The notes beneath the pieces are model-generated. The model was not told the origin of the DNA and did not search any database. It saw only the letters and a list, made by a program, of their open reading frames with translations. A stretch of DNA of 31,040 nt from an uncultured Candidatus Micrarchaeota archaeon (lineage in GTDB: Archaea; Micrarchaeota; Micrarchaeia; Micrarchaeales; Micrarchaeaceae), in the NCBI GenBank assembly GCA_903858385.1, contig CAIOIN010000030.1, positions 1 to 31,040 on the forward strand, written 5' to 3'. The translations under genes were made by a program, and so were the position numbers. Shown here piece after piece: positions 17,444-24,675 of this stretch. The stretch's first letter is position 1, and each line of letters begins with the position of its first letter.

Positions 17444-18315
17444 TCATGCCACGTTTCTCCCATGCCAGAACAGGTATTGCTGCGCGTACCCGCAATAGTC
17501 CCTAAACCTCTCGTTGGCGAACTTGCGCAGATCCTTTATCTTCATGTCCTTTCCTTGAAATATACTCTCTCCATAGTCCTTTTAACCCAAACGTCTATTG
17601 GAAACGCTTCGAGTTTTCCGTACCCCATGAGTGCTATGCAATCAGCTACTTTGTCGCCCACGCCTTTTATCTCCATCAGCTCCTCTTTCAATGAATCGTA
17701 GTCGTGTCTGCCTATTTTGTCTAGGTCCATGCTGCTCGAACAATATTCTGCAGCCTCTTTCAGGTATCTTGCCCGAAAACCCGCACCGCATTCCATGAAT
17801 TCTTTGATGGTGACCTCTGCAAGATCCGCAGTTGTTGGAAAACTCTTTGCCACGACGTTGCCGTTGTCGTCAAGTATGTCTTGCCCGAATCTTTCGACGA
17901 TACTTTTTGTTATTTTTCGTATGCGCTTCACGTTGTTGTATTGGGAGATTATGAAGCACACGGTCGTCTCCCACGGATTGTTGAGCGTGACGTGCATGCC
18001 ATCATATTTCTTGATTGCATGCTCCATGAAGCTGTCGGTTGCTATGATTGCGTATATCTTTTCCATGTCGTCATTGAGTCTCAGCCTGGCAATCACCTCT
18101 TTCTTCAGGCCAGCGTTGCCGCCGGTTATGATGAGCTTGCCTTTCCTCGAATCGCCGAAAAATCTTACTTTCACCAGGGTTCGGCCTGCAGGATAAGTGA
18201 GTGTCCTTTCCCCGTGGTTGTAATCCCCGAAGAAGGTCAAAGGATTTGCCGATTCAAAGGTGTGGCGCAGATCGAAGTGCGTGGTTGTTATCTGGCTGGT
18301 GCGCTCCTGTGCCAA
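17444..18315 (-). pseudogene. OGG1-like HhH-GPD DNA glycosylase/AP lyase split by a -1 frameshift near 17554 (pseudogene, recoding or sequence error)
   Basis: Frame 1: PWETTVCFIISQYNNVKRI, EIKGVGDKVADCIAL, FPIDVWVKR, stopping at 17542. The -1 frame continues GKDMKIKDLRKFANERFRDYCGYAQQYLFWHGRNVA* (stop 17444), the typical family C-terminus (GYAQQYLF). Confidence 0.8.
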
Positions 18316-18325
18316 TTCATCTACC

Positions 18326-19819
18326 TTACGCCTTCACGAAATTCATAGGATTGAACGCAAATTTCTCCTCCATGAACGGCAGTACCTTTTCTACAGGCAT
18401 GCGCACCTGGGATCGGTCGTCTCTGCTGCGCACGGTCACAGTGCCGTAATCCTTCGATTCCTTGTTCACAGAATCAAAATCGACGGTTATGCAGTATGGC
18501 GTGCCGACCTCGTCCATTCTGGCGTACTTCTTTCCGATCGAGCCGGATTCGTCGGCAAATATCTTGAAGCGCGATTTTAGCATGACGCGCAGCTTGGCTG
18601 TTGCCTTCTCGATCTCCGGATCCTTTTGCAATGAAAACACCGCGGCCTGATAAGGCGCCATTATCGCGGGAAGACTGAGTAGGGATCTTTCACCGTCCTT
18701 CTTATAGAAGACATCGATTAGCATCCACACGTTCCGGTCTACCCCGAAACTTAGCTCCAGCACGTTCGGCATTATCCTCTTGCCGTCGATTGATACGGAC
18801 AGATCCTGGTTGGAACCCTTTGTATGCGAGGTTAGATCGTAGTCGCCCCTGTAGTGGAGGCCGCCGACTTCCTTGAATCCGCCCCAGCTTTCGATGTTCA
18901 CTTCGAGGTCCATGTGGATTTTGTTGTAGAATGCCTTGTCCTCGCCGCCCTTCTCGAAGAACCTGAATTTCTCTTCGGGAACTTGGAGCACCTTGGTGTA
19001 GAATGTGTGTATAAGTGCCATGTGGTATCCGTAGAATTCGGGCACCGTGCCGTCGCTGACCAGCTCGCTTATCTTTTTCTTCTCCATCGTCCCTTTCTTG
19101 TAGGTGACGACGTTAACGGTTGGATTGTCGATGTAATTCGTGTCCACTTTCCACGTGGCTGGATCAAAGAATATCTGTAATTCGGCCTGCGTCAGCTCTC
19201 GCATTCTGTAAAGCCCTTGTCTTGGCGATATCTCGTTGCGGTATGCCTTGCCTATGAGCGCTATGCCCATCGGAAGAGCCCTTCTCCGGATGTTGAATTC
19301 CCTGAAGAAGTTCAGATACGCTGATTGCGCTGTCTCCGGCCTGAGGTAGCTCTTGTCCGTCTTTTCCGGGCCTAGATACAGGTCCATCATCATGTTGAAT
19401 GCTTTTGATTTAGACAGCTGGCCCTTGCACTTGGGGCATTTTGTGCCGTGCTCCTGCACCGCCTTGTCTATTTCGTCCGGAGTCGCACCCTCTGAAACTT
19501 CGACCTTCGCATCGGCAAGAAGCACGTCGGCGCGGTAATACGCATGGCACTTAGTGCAGCTTATTATCACGTCGTTGAACCTCTCAGCATGGCCCGATGA
19601 GATGAGCGGCTTCTCTGGTAGTATCGTAGACCCTTCAATCAAGTAGTAGTTGTCGCTAGACTCAACGAAGAACGAGAGCCAGGTGTTCTCGAACCTTCTC
19701 TTCAGGAGCGTCCCAAGATGGCCGTAATCGTATATGCCGGCAAGGCCGCCGTATATCTCGGCGCTCTGCCAGAAGAGGCCCCTGCTTTTTGCCAGTGCAA
19801 ACAGATCATCAATGTTCAT
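18326..19819 (-). CDS. glyS: Glycine--tRNA ligase (archaeal/eukaryotic alpha2 type)
   Basis: EIYGGLAGIYDYGHLG, YLRPETAQ, GKAYRNEISPRQGLYRMRELTQAE, VLELSFGVDR, anticodon domain SIGKKYARMDEVGTPYCITVDF. Confidence 0.95.
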   Translation of the reverse strand: MNIDDLFALAKSRGLFWQSAEIYGGLAGIYDYGHLGTLLKRRFENTWLSFFVESSDNYYLIEGSTILPEKPLISSGHAERFNDVIISCTKCHAYYRADVLLADAKVEVSEGATPDEIDKAVQEHGTKCPKCKGQLSKSKAFNMMMDLYLGPEKTDKSYLRPETAQSAYLNFFREFNIRRRALPMGIALIGKAYRNEISPRQGLYRMRELTQAELQIFFDPATWKVDTNYIDNPTVNVVTYKKGTMEKKKISELVSDGTVPEFYGYHMALIHTFYTKVLQVPEEKFRFFEKGGEDKAFYNKIHMDLEVNIESWGGFKEVGGLHYRGDYDLTSHTKGSNQDLSVSIDGKRIMPNVLELSFGVDRNVWMLIDVFYKKDGERSLLSLPAIMAPYQAAVFSLQKDPEIEKATAKLRVMLKSRFKIFADESGSIGKKYARMDEVGTPYCITVDFDSVNKESKDYGTVTVRSRDDRSQVRMPVEKVLPFMEEKFAFNPMNFVKA

Positions 19820-19912
19820 GGAAATGCCTTTGTCTTGGTGAAAACTAGACTGGTATAGTTATCATCAAAGAGTTTATTATAATTGTGTGCACTATTCATT
19901 ATCGGTGCTATT

Positions 19913-20899
19913 CTGGCAGAATTGACGTTCGAGCAGCAGAGGGAAAAGGCCTTCAGCAAGACGAAGAGCGAGATAACTGAAGCGTACGCCAACGAGGAGT
20001 ACGCGCTGATGCAGGCGATAAACGCCTACCTTGAGACCTCGAAATCCTACAATCTGATGTACGAGCGCCTTTCCGAGTGGTACGGCATATACTACCCGGA
20101 GGTGAAGGTCGCCGACCAGGAGAAGCTCGCAGAGCTTGCGCTCGTTCTGAACGACAGGAGCAAGCTCAGCAAGGAGGCCATTAACGCGGTCTTGAAGGAT
20201 GACAGGAAGAGCGCGGAGGTATTCGAAAAAGCATCATCTTCGATGGGAAGGCAGATGAACCAGAACGAGATGAAGGCATTGATCGGCTTCGCAAGGCTGA
20301 GCAAGGACGCGAAGGAGGCTCTGGACGAGCTTGACAGCTACATGAAAGGAGCATCGAACCGAGTGATGCCCAATATCACTTATCTCACTGATGAGAAGAT
20401 CGCGGCTGAGCTGCTGAGCAAGGCAGGCTCTCTTGAGAGGCTTGCGACGATGCCCGCTAGCACATTGCAGCTGTTGGGCGCAGAGAAGGCGCTGTTCAAG
20501 CACCTCAAGTTCGGGAGCAAGCCGCCGAAGTACGGGGTTCTGTTCAAACTGGAGAGGATAGGCGGCGCGAAGCGCGAATTGAGGGGCAGGATTGCCAGGA
20601 TATACGCCACGAAGATAAGCATCGCCTCCAGGGCCGATGCCTTCTCGAAGAGGTTCATAGCCAAGGAGTTGAAGGAGGCAATAGAGAAGAGCATAAGGAA
20701 CATGAAGACCGGAAAGAGCAAGCCGGCAGCTACCGTAAGGGATAACAGGCCGCAGCAGGCTCCGAGGAAGGAGTGGAGCAGCAGCGGCGACAAGAACAGG
20801 AAGAGCACCTGGAACGACAGGCCGCCATCACAGAGAGGCCCATCCGCAAGGTTCAAGCCCCACGAAAGGCGCAGCAATTTCAAGCGTTTCAGGAATTAG
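19913..20899 (+). CDS. nop5: Nop5 (NOP56/58) family C/D snoRNP protein lacking the N-terminal domain, with an Arg/Lys-rich tail
   Basis: ERLSEWYGIYYPE, MPNITYL, LLSKAGSLERLATMPASTLQLLGAEKALFKHL, PPKYGVLF, GRIARIYATK. Start uncertain: CTG 19913 after GGTG-N5, or TTG 19883. Confidence 0.85.
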   Translation: MAELTFEQQREKAFSKTKSEITEAYANEEYALMQAINAYLETSKSYNLMYERLSEWYGIYYPEVKVADQEKLAELALVLNDRSKLSKEAINAVLKDDRKSAEVFEKASSSMGRQMNQNEMKALIGFARLSKDAKEALDELDSYMKGASNRVMPNITYLTDEKIAAELLSKAGSLERLATMPASTLQLLGAEKALFKHLKFGSKPPKYGVLFKLERIGGAKRELRGRIARIYATKISIASRADAFSKRFIAKELKEAIEKSIRNMKTGKSKPAATVRDNRPQQAPRKEWSSSGDKNRKSTWNDRPPSQRGPSARFKPHERRSNFKRFRN

Positions 20900-21027
20900 G
20901 GGTATTTTGGGTATTCCCCCTTCGGTGCCTCGGTGCCGGTAATGCACCAGAGGAAAGACAAAGGTATTAATAGATTTTTCGCCTAAATAGTATCGCTGTT
21001 TGTCACTGCTTTTATGCTTGTGAGCTT

Positions 21028-21441
21028 ATGGTAACCGTTTACGATGTGAAGGCTTCAGACGTTATAATCCTTGCAGCTGAGAGGCTGCACGACAAGCTGA
21101 AGAAGCCTGCCTACATGGATTTCGTCAAGTCAGGCTCTGGAAGGGAAAGGCTTCCGAGCGACCCGAACTTCTGGTACGTCAGGAGCGCCTCGATACTGAG
21201 GCAGGTCTACATGAACGGGCCCGTGGGCGTTTCGCGCCTTAGGACCAAGTACGGAAAGAAACAAGAACACGTAGTGCACCGCAAGCACCATGTACGGGCT
21301 GGAGGCAGCATCATACGGGATTCGATGATTGAGCTTGAGAAGGCTGGCTATGTGAAGAACACCAAGGCGGGAAGGATCATAACCCCCTCGGGCAAGTCTT
21401 TCATGGACAAGATATGCAAAGAGGTCAGCAGCAAGCAGTAA
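21028..21441 (+). CDS. rps19e: 30S ribosomal protein S19e
   Basis: TVYDV, FVKSG..RERLP...WYVRSASILRQVY..GPVGVSRLRTKYG, GGSIIR. Confidence 0.95.
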   Translation: MVTVYDVKASDVIILAAERLHDKLKKPAYMDFVKSGSGRERLPSDPNFWYVRSASILRQVYMNGPVGVSRLRTKYGKKQEHVVHRKHHVRAGGSIIRDSMIELEKAGYVKNTKAGRIITPSGKSFMDKICKEVSSKQ

Positions 21442-21454
21442 GGAGGTACTTGCA

Positions 21455-21766
21455 ATGGCTGAAGAGGACGAAGAACAGAGATACCAGAAGGAAATGAGAA
21501 AGAGAGTAACAGAAGCGATGAGGAAGCAGCAGATAGATCAGCAGAAGAAGGAGATACTGCGGCAGTTCCTCGAACCAAACGCTTATGAAAGAATGATGAA
21601 CATAAGGGTCTCGAACCCGGAGCTGTACGATCAGCTGGTCGGGGTGATCGTGAACCTTGTGCAGACCAACAGGGTCACAGGGAAGGTATCGGAAGCACAG
21701 TTGAAGTCAATACTTGAAAAAGTGTCGTATAAAAAGGAGCCAACAATCGCGTTTAAGCATAAGTAG
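21455..21766 (+). CDS. PDCD5-like DNA-binding protein
   Basis: ILRQFLEPNAYERMMNIRVSNPE..QL, SEAQLKSILEK. Conserved position after rps19e. Confidence 0.88.
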   Translation: MAEEDEEQRYQKEMRKRVTEAMRKQQIDQQKKEILRQFLEPNAYERMMNIRVSNPELYDQLVGVIVNLVQTNRVTGKVSEAQLKSILEKVSYKKEPTIAFKHK

Positions 21767-21774
21767 TGTGTTGT

Positions 21775-21936
21775 ATGTCGAAGAAATCAAGGAATTTCAA
21801 GATGATGCTGGGGAACAGGATCAAGCGCGCCAGGAGGCTGCCAATTCTTGCATAGCTCAGGACCCACAGGAAGCTCCAATCCAACCTGTTCGGCAGGGAC
21901 TGGAGGAGAAGCAAACTAAAGCTCGACGTGAATTAA
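21775..21936 (+). pseudogene. rpl39e: 50S ribosomal protein L39e with an in-frame TAG at 21853-21855
   Basis: Manual translation MSKKSRNFKMMLGNRIKRARRLPILA*LRTHRKLQSNLFGRDWRRSKLKLDVN*. It has the hallmark RxWRRSKL, 53 codons and the canonical slot between PDCD5 and rpl31e. Confidence 0.85.
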
Positions 21937-22266
21937 ATGCAAAACCGATTGATAACGATAAACATACGAAGGTACCTCTCGACGCAGCCTAGGACGAAGA
22001 GGATAAACAAGAACGTCAAGTTCCTTATCGAGCGCGTTGCGCACCTGACCAAGGTAGACCCGGACAATGTCAAGATCGACCAGGGCCTGAACACGCTGAT
22101 CTTCAAGAAGTACTCCAAGAGCATGGTGCCGATGACGGTCAATGTCAGCATAGACAACGGCCGCGCCACGGTTACGCAGTTTGTCGAGAAAGCGGCAAAG
22201 AAGGAGGCTCCGAAGGCTGCAGCCGTGAAGGAACCTGCGAAGAAGGCCGCAGAGGCAAAGAAGTAA
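21937..22266 (+). CDS. rpl31e: 50S ribosomal protein L31e
   Basis: RLITINIRR...PRTKRINKNVKFL...VKIDQGLNTLIF pattern. ATG directly follows the rpl39e TAA. Confidence 0.85.
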   Translation: MQNRLITINIRRYLSTQPRTKRINKNVKFLIERVAHLTKVDPDNVKIDQGLNTLIFKKYSKSMVPMTVNVSIDNGRATVTQFVEKAAKKEAPKAAAVKEPAKKAAEAKK

Positions 22267-22283
22267 TATTAGAAGCGTTTTTT

Positions 22284-22958
22284 ATGGAATCGGTCAAGTA
22301 CAGCATCAAGGGTAGCAGCTACGTTGGTGTTTTTGCAACCGCGACAGACAATCTCGTTTTTGTGGGAAGCGGCCTGACCGACAACAACAAGAAGCTCTTG
22401 ACCGAGATACTCGGATGCAGGGTCGTCGAGATGTCCGTGTCCGGTTCAGACCTTGTGGGCTTGTTCGCAAGAGCCAACTCGAACGGCATAGTGGTATCTA
22501 GCCTAATGATGGACGACGAGGTAGAGGTGCTGAAGAGCGCGGGACTGGGCATCAACATAGGCGTCATAGACAGCGACCTTAACGCGATAGGCAGCAACGT
22601 GCTGTGCAACGACAAGATAGCGGTGGTGAATTCTGATTATAGGCCAGAGGCGATGAAGCAGATCGGCGACACGCTCGGCGTAGAGGTCATCAAGGCGCGG
22701 ATAGGCGGCTTCAGGACCGTGGGCGCGAACAACATACTCACAAACAAGGGATTGGTCGTGAGCAACAGGTGCACCGATCAGGAGAAGGAAAAGATCGAGA
22801 ATTGGTGCGGATTCCGCTCGGAGAAGACGACCGCGAACACCGGCTCCCTGTACATAGGGCTTTCGGTGGTGGCGAATTCCAAGGCGGTCGTGGCCGGAGA
22901 CGACACGACGGGCTACGAGCTGCAGAGGATAATGGACGGCCTGACCCCCGACCAGTGA
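22284..22958 (+). CDS. eif6: Translation initiation factor 6 (aIF6)
   Basis: GSSYVGVFA, SDLVGLFARANSNGIVV, AIGSNVLCND, TVGANNILTNKG, GLSVVANSK, TTGYEL. Confidence 0.93.
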   Translation: MESVKYSIKGSSYVGVFATATDNLVFVGSGLTDNNKKLLTEILGCRVVEMSVSGSDLVGLFARANSNGIVVSSLMMDDEVEVLKSAGLGINIGVIDSDLNAIGSNVLCNDKIAVVNSDYRPEAMKQIGDTLGVEVIKARIGGFRTVGANNILTNKGLVVSNRCTDQEKEKIENWCGFRSEKTTANTGSLYIGLSVVANSKAVVAGDDTTGYELQRIMDGLTPDQ

Positions 22959-23000
22959 TAGACACTTAAATAAGAGCATGGAATTAGTATGGGTGCTTTG

Positions 23001-23420
23001 ATGGCTGATGAGGAGATTAAAAACGCGAAGAGCATTGACGAGCTCAGGTACATGCAGCAGGTCTACCAGAACCAGTATGCGGCGCTCAACAGCTCGATGA
23101 ACATGCACATGCAGGAGGTGCAGATGCTTGGCGCCGTGCAGAACACGCTTGAGAACAACGACCTGATGAAGGGCAAGGAGACGCTGATGCATATCGGCGC
23201 CAGCGTTTACATGAAGACCATGGCAAAGGACTCTGCTTCCGTCATAGTCAGCATCGGAGGCGGCTACCTTATGGAGAAGGGCATCGACGACGCCAAGGGG
23301 CACGTCAGCAAGAGGATGGCAAAGAGGACCGAGGAGCTGAACAGCATGGCCAAGAACAGGAAGGAGCTGCAGAATGCGCTTATCGATATATCGTACAAGA
23401 TGGAAACGGCCGTTAGGTAG
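23001..23420 (+). CDS. pfdA: Prefoldin alpha subunit
   Basis: Coiled coils flanking ETLMHIGASVYM...VIVSIGGGYLMEK. ATG at 23001 after GGTG-N5. Confidence 0.9.
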   Translation: MADEEIKNAKSIDELRYMQQVYQNQYAALNSSMNMHMQEVQMLGAVQNTLENNDLMKGKETLMHIGASVYMKTMAKDSASVIVSIGGGYLMEKGIDDAKGHVSKRMAKRTEELNSMAKNRKELQNALIDISYKMETAVR

Positions 23421-23428
23421 GTATATTC

Positions 23429-24628
23429 ATGTTTGATGAACTGAAAAAGAAGCTGAAAAACGCGGTCAGTTCTTTCATAAAAACCGAGAAGGCGGAGATA
23501 GAGGCGAAACCGCCGATTGAGGCCGAGAAGAAGAGCGAACCGCCCGTTGCCGAGGTTAAAGCGGCCGCGGTGACCGTAGAGAAGCCCGCAAAAGTTGAGG
23601 AGAAGAAATACGCTGTTCCTGAAACCGAGAAAGTTGTTGAAAAGGCCGTTGAACCGGTAGTTTCGGCGCCTAAGCCACAGGCAAAGCCCGTAGAAAAAGC
23701 GGAAACGCACAAAGAAAATTTAATCAACCTGTCGCTCAAGACGAAGATAAAAAGCGTCTTCGTCGGCACGGTAAGGCTGAACGACTCGGACATAGCGCGT
23801 TTTCTGGAAACGATGAAGGTCTCGATGCTGCAGTCCGACGTCTCCTATGACACCACAGAATATTTCCTGACAGATCTCAAGACACGGCTGGAAGAGAAGC
23901 CAGTAAGCTCGAGGAACATAGAGGGTGAGGTGACAGGGATGATACGTAACTCGCTCCTCTCGGTATTGACAAGCACCAAGACTTTTGACCTGATGCAGCT
24001 CGTGAAGGGCAGGGTATCGGAAGGCAGCAAGCCGGTGAAGATCCTGTTCCTCGGCCCGAACGGCACGGGAAAGACGACAACCATAGCGAAGCTCGCATAC
24101 GGTTTCAAGAATGCAGGCATAAGCAGCGTGCTGTCTGCGAGCGACACCTTCCGCGCGGCCGCAATAGAGCAGCTGGAGCACCATGCCAACAAGATAGGCG
24201 TGCCGGTCATAAGAAGCAGCTACGGCGCCGATCCGGCCAGCGTCGCGTTCGACGCGATCGCCTACGCCAAGGCGCACGGCATCGATGCGGTGCTGATAGA
24301 CAGCGCGGGCAGGCAGGAGACGAACAAGAGCCTCATCGAGGAGATGAAGAAGATGGTGAGGGTGGCGAAGCCAGACCTGATAATATTCGTTGGCGAGAGC
24401 ACGGCAGGCAACATGATTTCGGAACAGATAAAGGAGTTCAGCAAGTTCATGGCCATAGACGGCATAATACTCACAAAACTGGATTGCGACGCCAAGGGCG
24501 GCGGTGCTCTGTCCATCGCACACACCACAGGCAGGCCCGTGCTGTTCTTCGGCACCGGCGAGGGCTACGATGCGCTTATTCCCTACGACCCGAATTTTGT
24601 CATAGACGCCATACTACCTGGCGCATGA
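23429..24628 (+). CDS. ftsY: Signal recognition particle receptor FtsY
   Basis: GPNGTGKTTTIAKLA, DTFRAAAIEQL, DSAGRQ, TKLDCDAKGG, GTGEGYDAL. E/K/P-rich N-terminal region. Confidence 0.96.
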   Translation: MFDELKKKLKNAVSSFIKTEKAEIEAKPPIEAEKKSEPPVAEVKAAAVTVEKPAKVEEKKYAVPETEKVVEKAVEPVVSAPKPQAKPVEKAETHKENLINLSLKTKIKSVFVGTVRLNDSDIARFLETMKVSMLQSDVSYDTTEYFLTDLKTRLEEKPVSSRNIEGEVTGMIRNSLLSVLTSTKTFDLMQLVKGRVSEGSKPVKILFLGPNGTGKTTTIAKLAYGFKNAGISSVLSASDTFRAAAIEQLEHHANKIGVPVIRSSYGADPASVAFDAIAYAKAHGIDAVLIDSAGRQETNKSLIEEMKKMVRVAKPDLIIFVGESTAGNMISEQIKEFSKFMAIDGIILTKLDCDAKGGGALSIAHTTGRPVLFFGTGEGYDALIPYDPNFVIDAILPGA

Positions 24629-24675
24629 TGCAACATCTTTATAATTTGCCTTGTTTTATTATCTAGCTTGATGGC

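Noticed and set aside
17540-17565. Programmed -1 ribosomal frameshift in the ogg gene
   Set aside because: No X XXY YYZ slippery heptamer or obvious downstream stimulator. A one-base deletion is simpler. Not fully excluded.
20900-21027. RNase P RNA or C/D sRNA after nop5 (GAGGAAAG at 20950-20957, GGTGC/GCACC hairpin)
   Set aside because: The spacer is too short for RNase P RNA, the P4 partner strand is absent, and no RUGAUGA/CUGA box pair was found.
21853-21855. Genome-wide TAG reassignment (alternative genetic code or pyrrolysine)
   Set aside because: TAG terminates pheS (2260-2262), nop5 and PDCD5 at the expected protein ends. Only one internal TAG was seen.
21714-21992. 92-aa ORF spanning the rpl39e position
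   Set aside because: It is a different frame with no ribosomal-protein motifs. The eL39 signature lies in the frame starting at 21775.
1125-24555. Many long antisense or alternate-frame ORFs (e.g. 1342-2277, 13680-14963, 22503-23303, 23720-24523)
   Set aside because: They overlap well-supported genes, carry no recognisable motifs, and are expected shadows of GC-rich codon usage.
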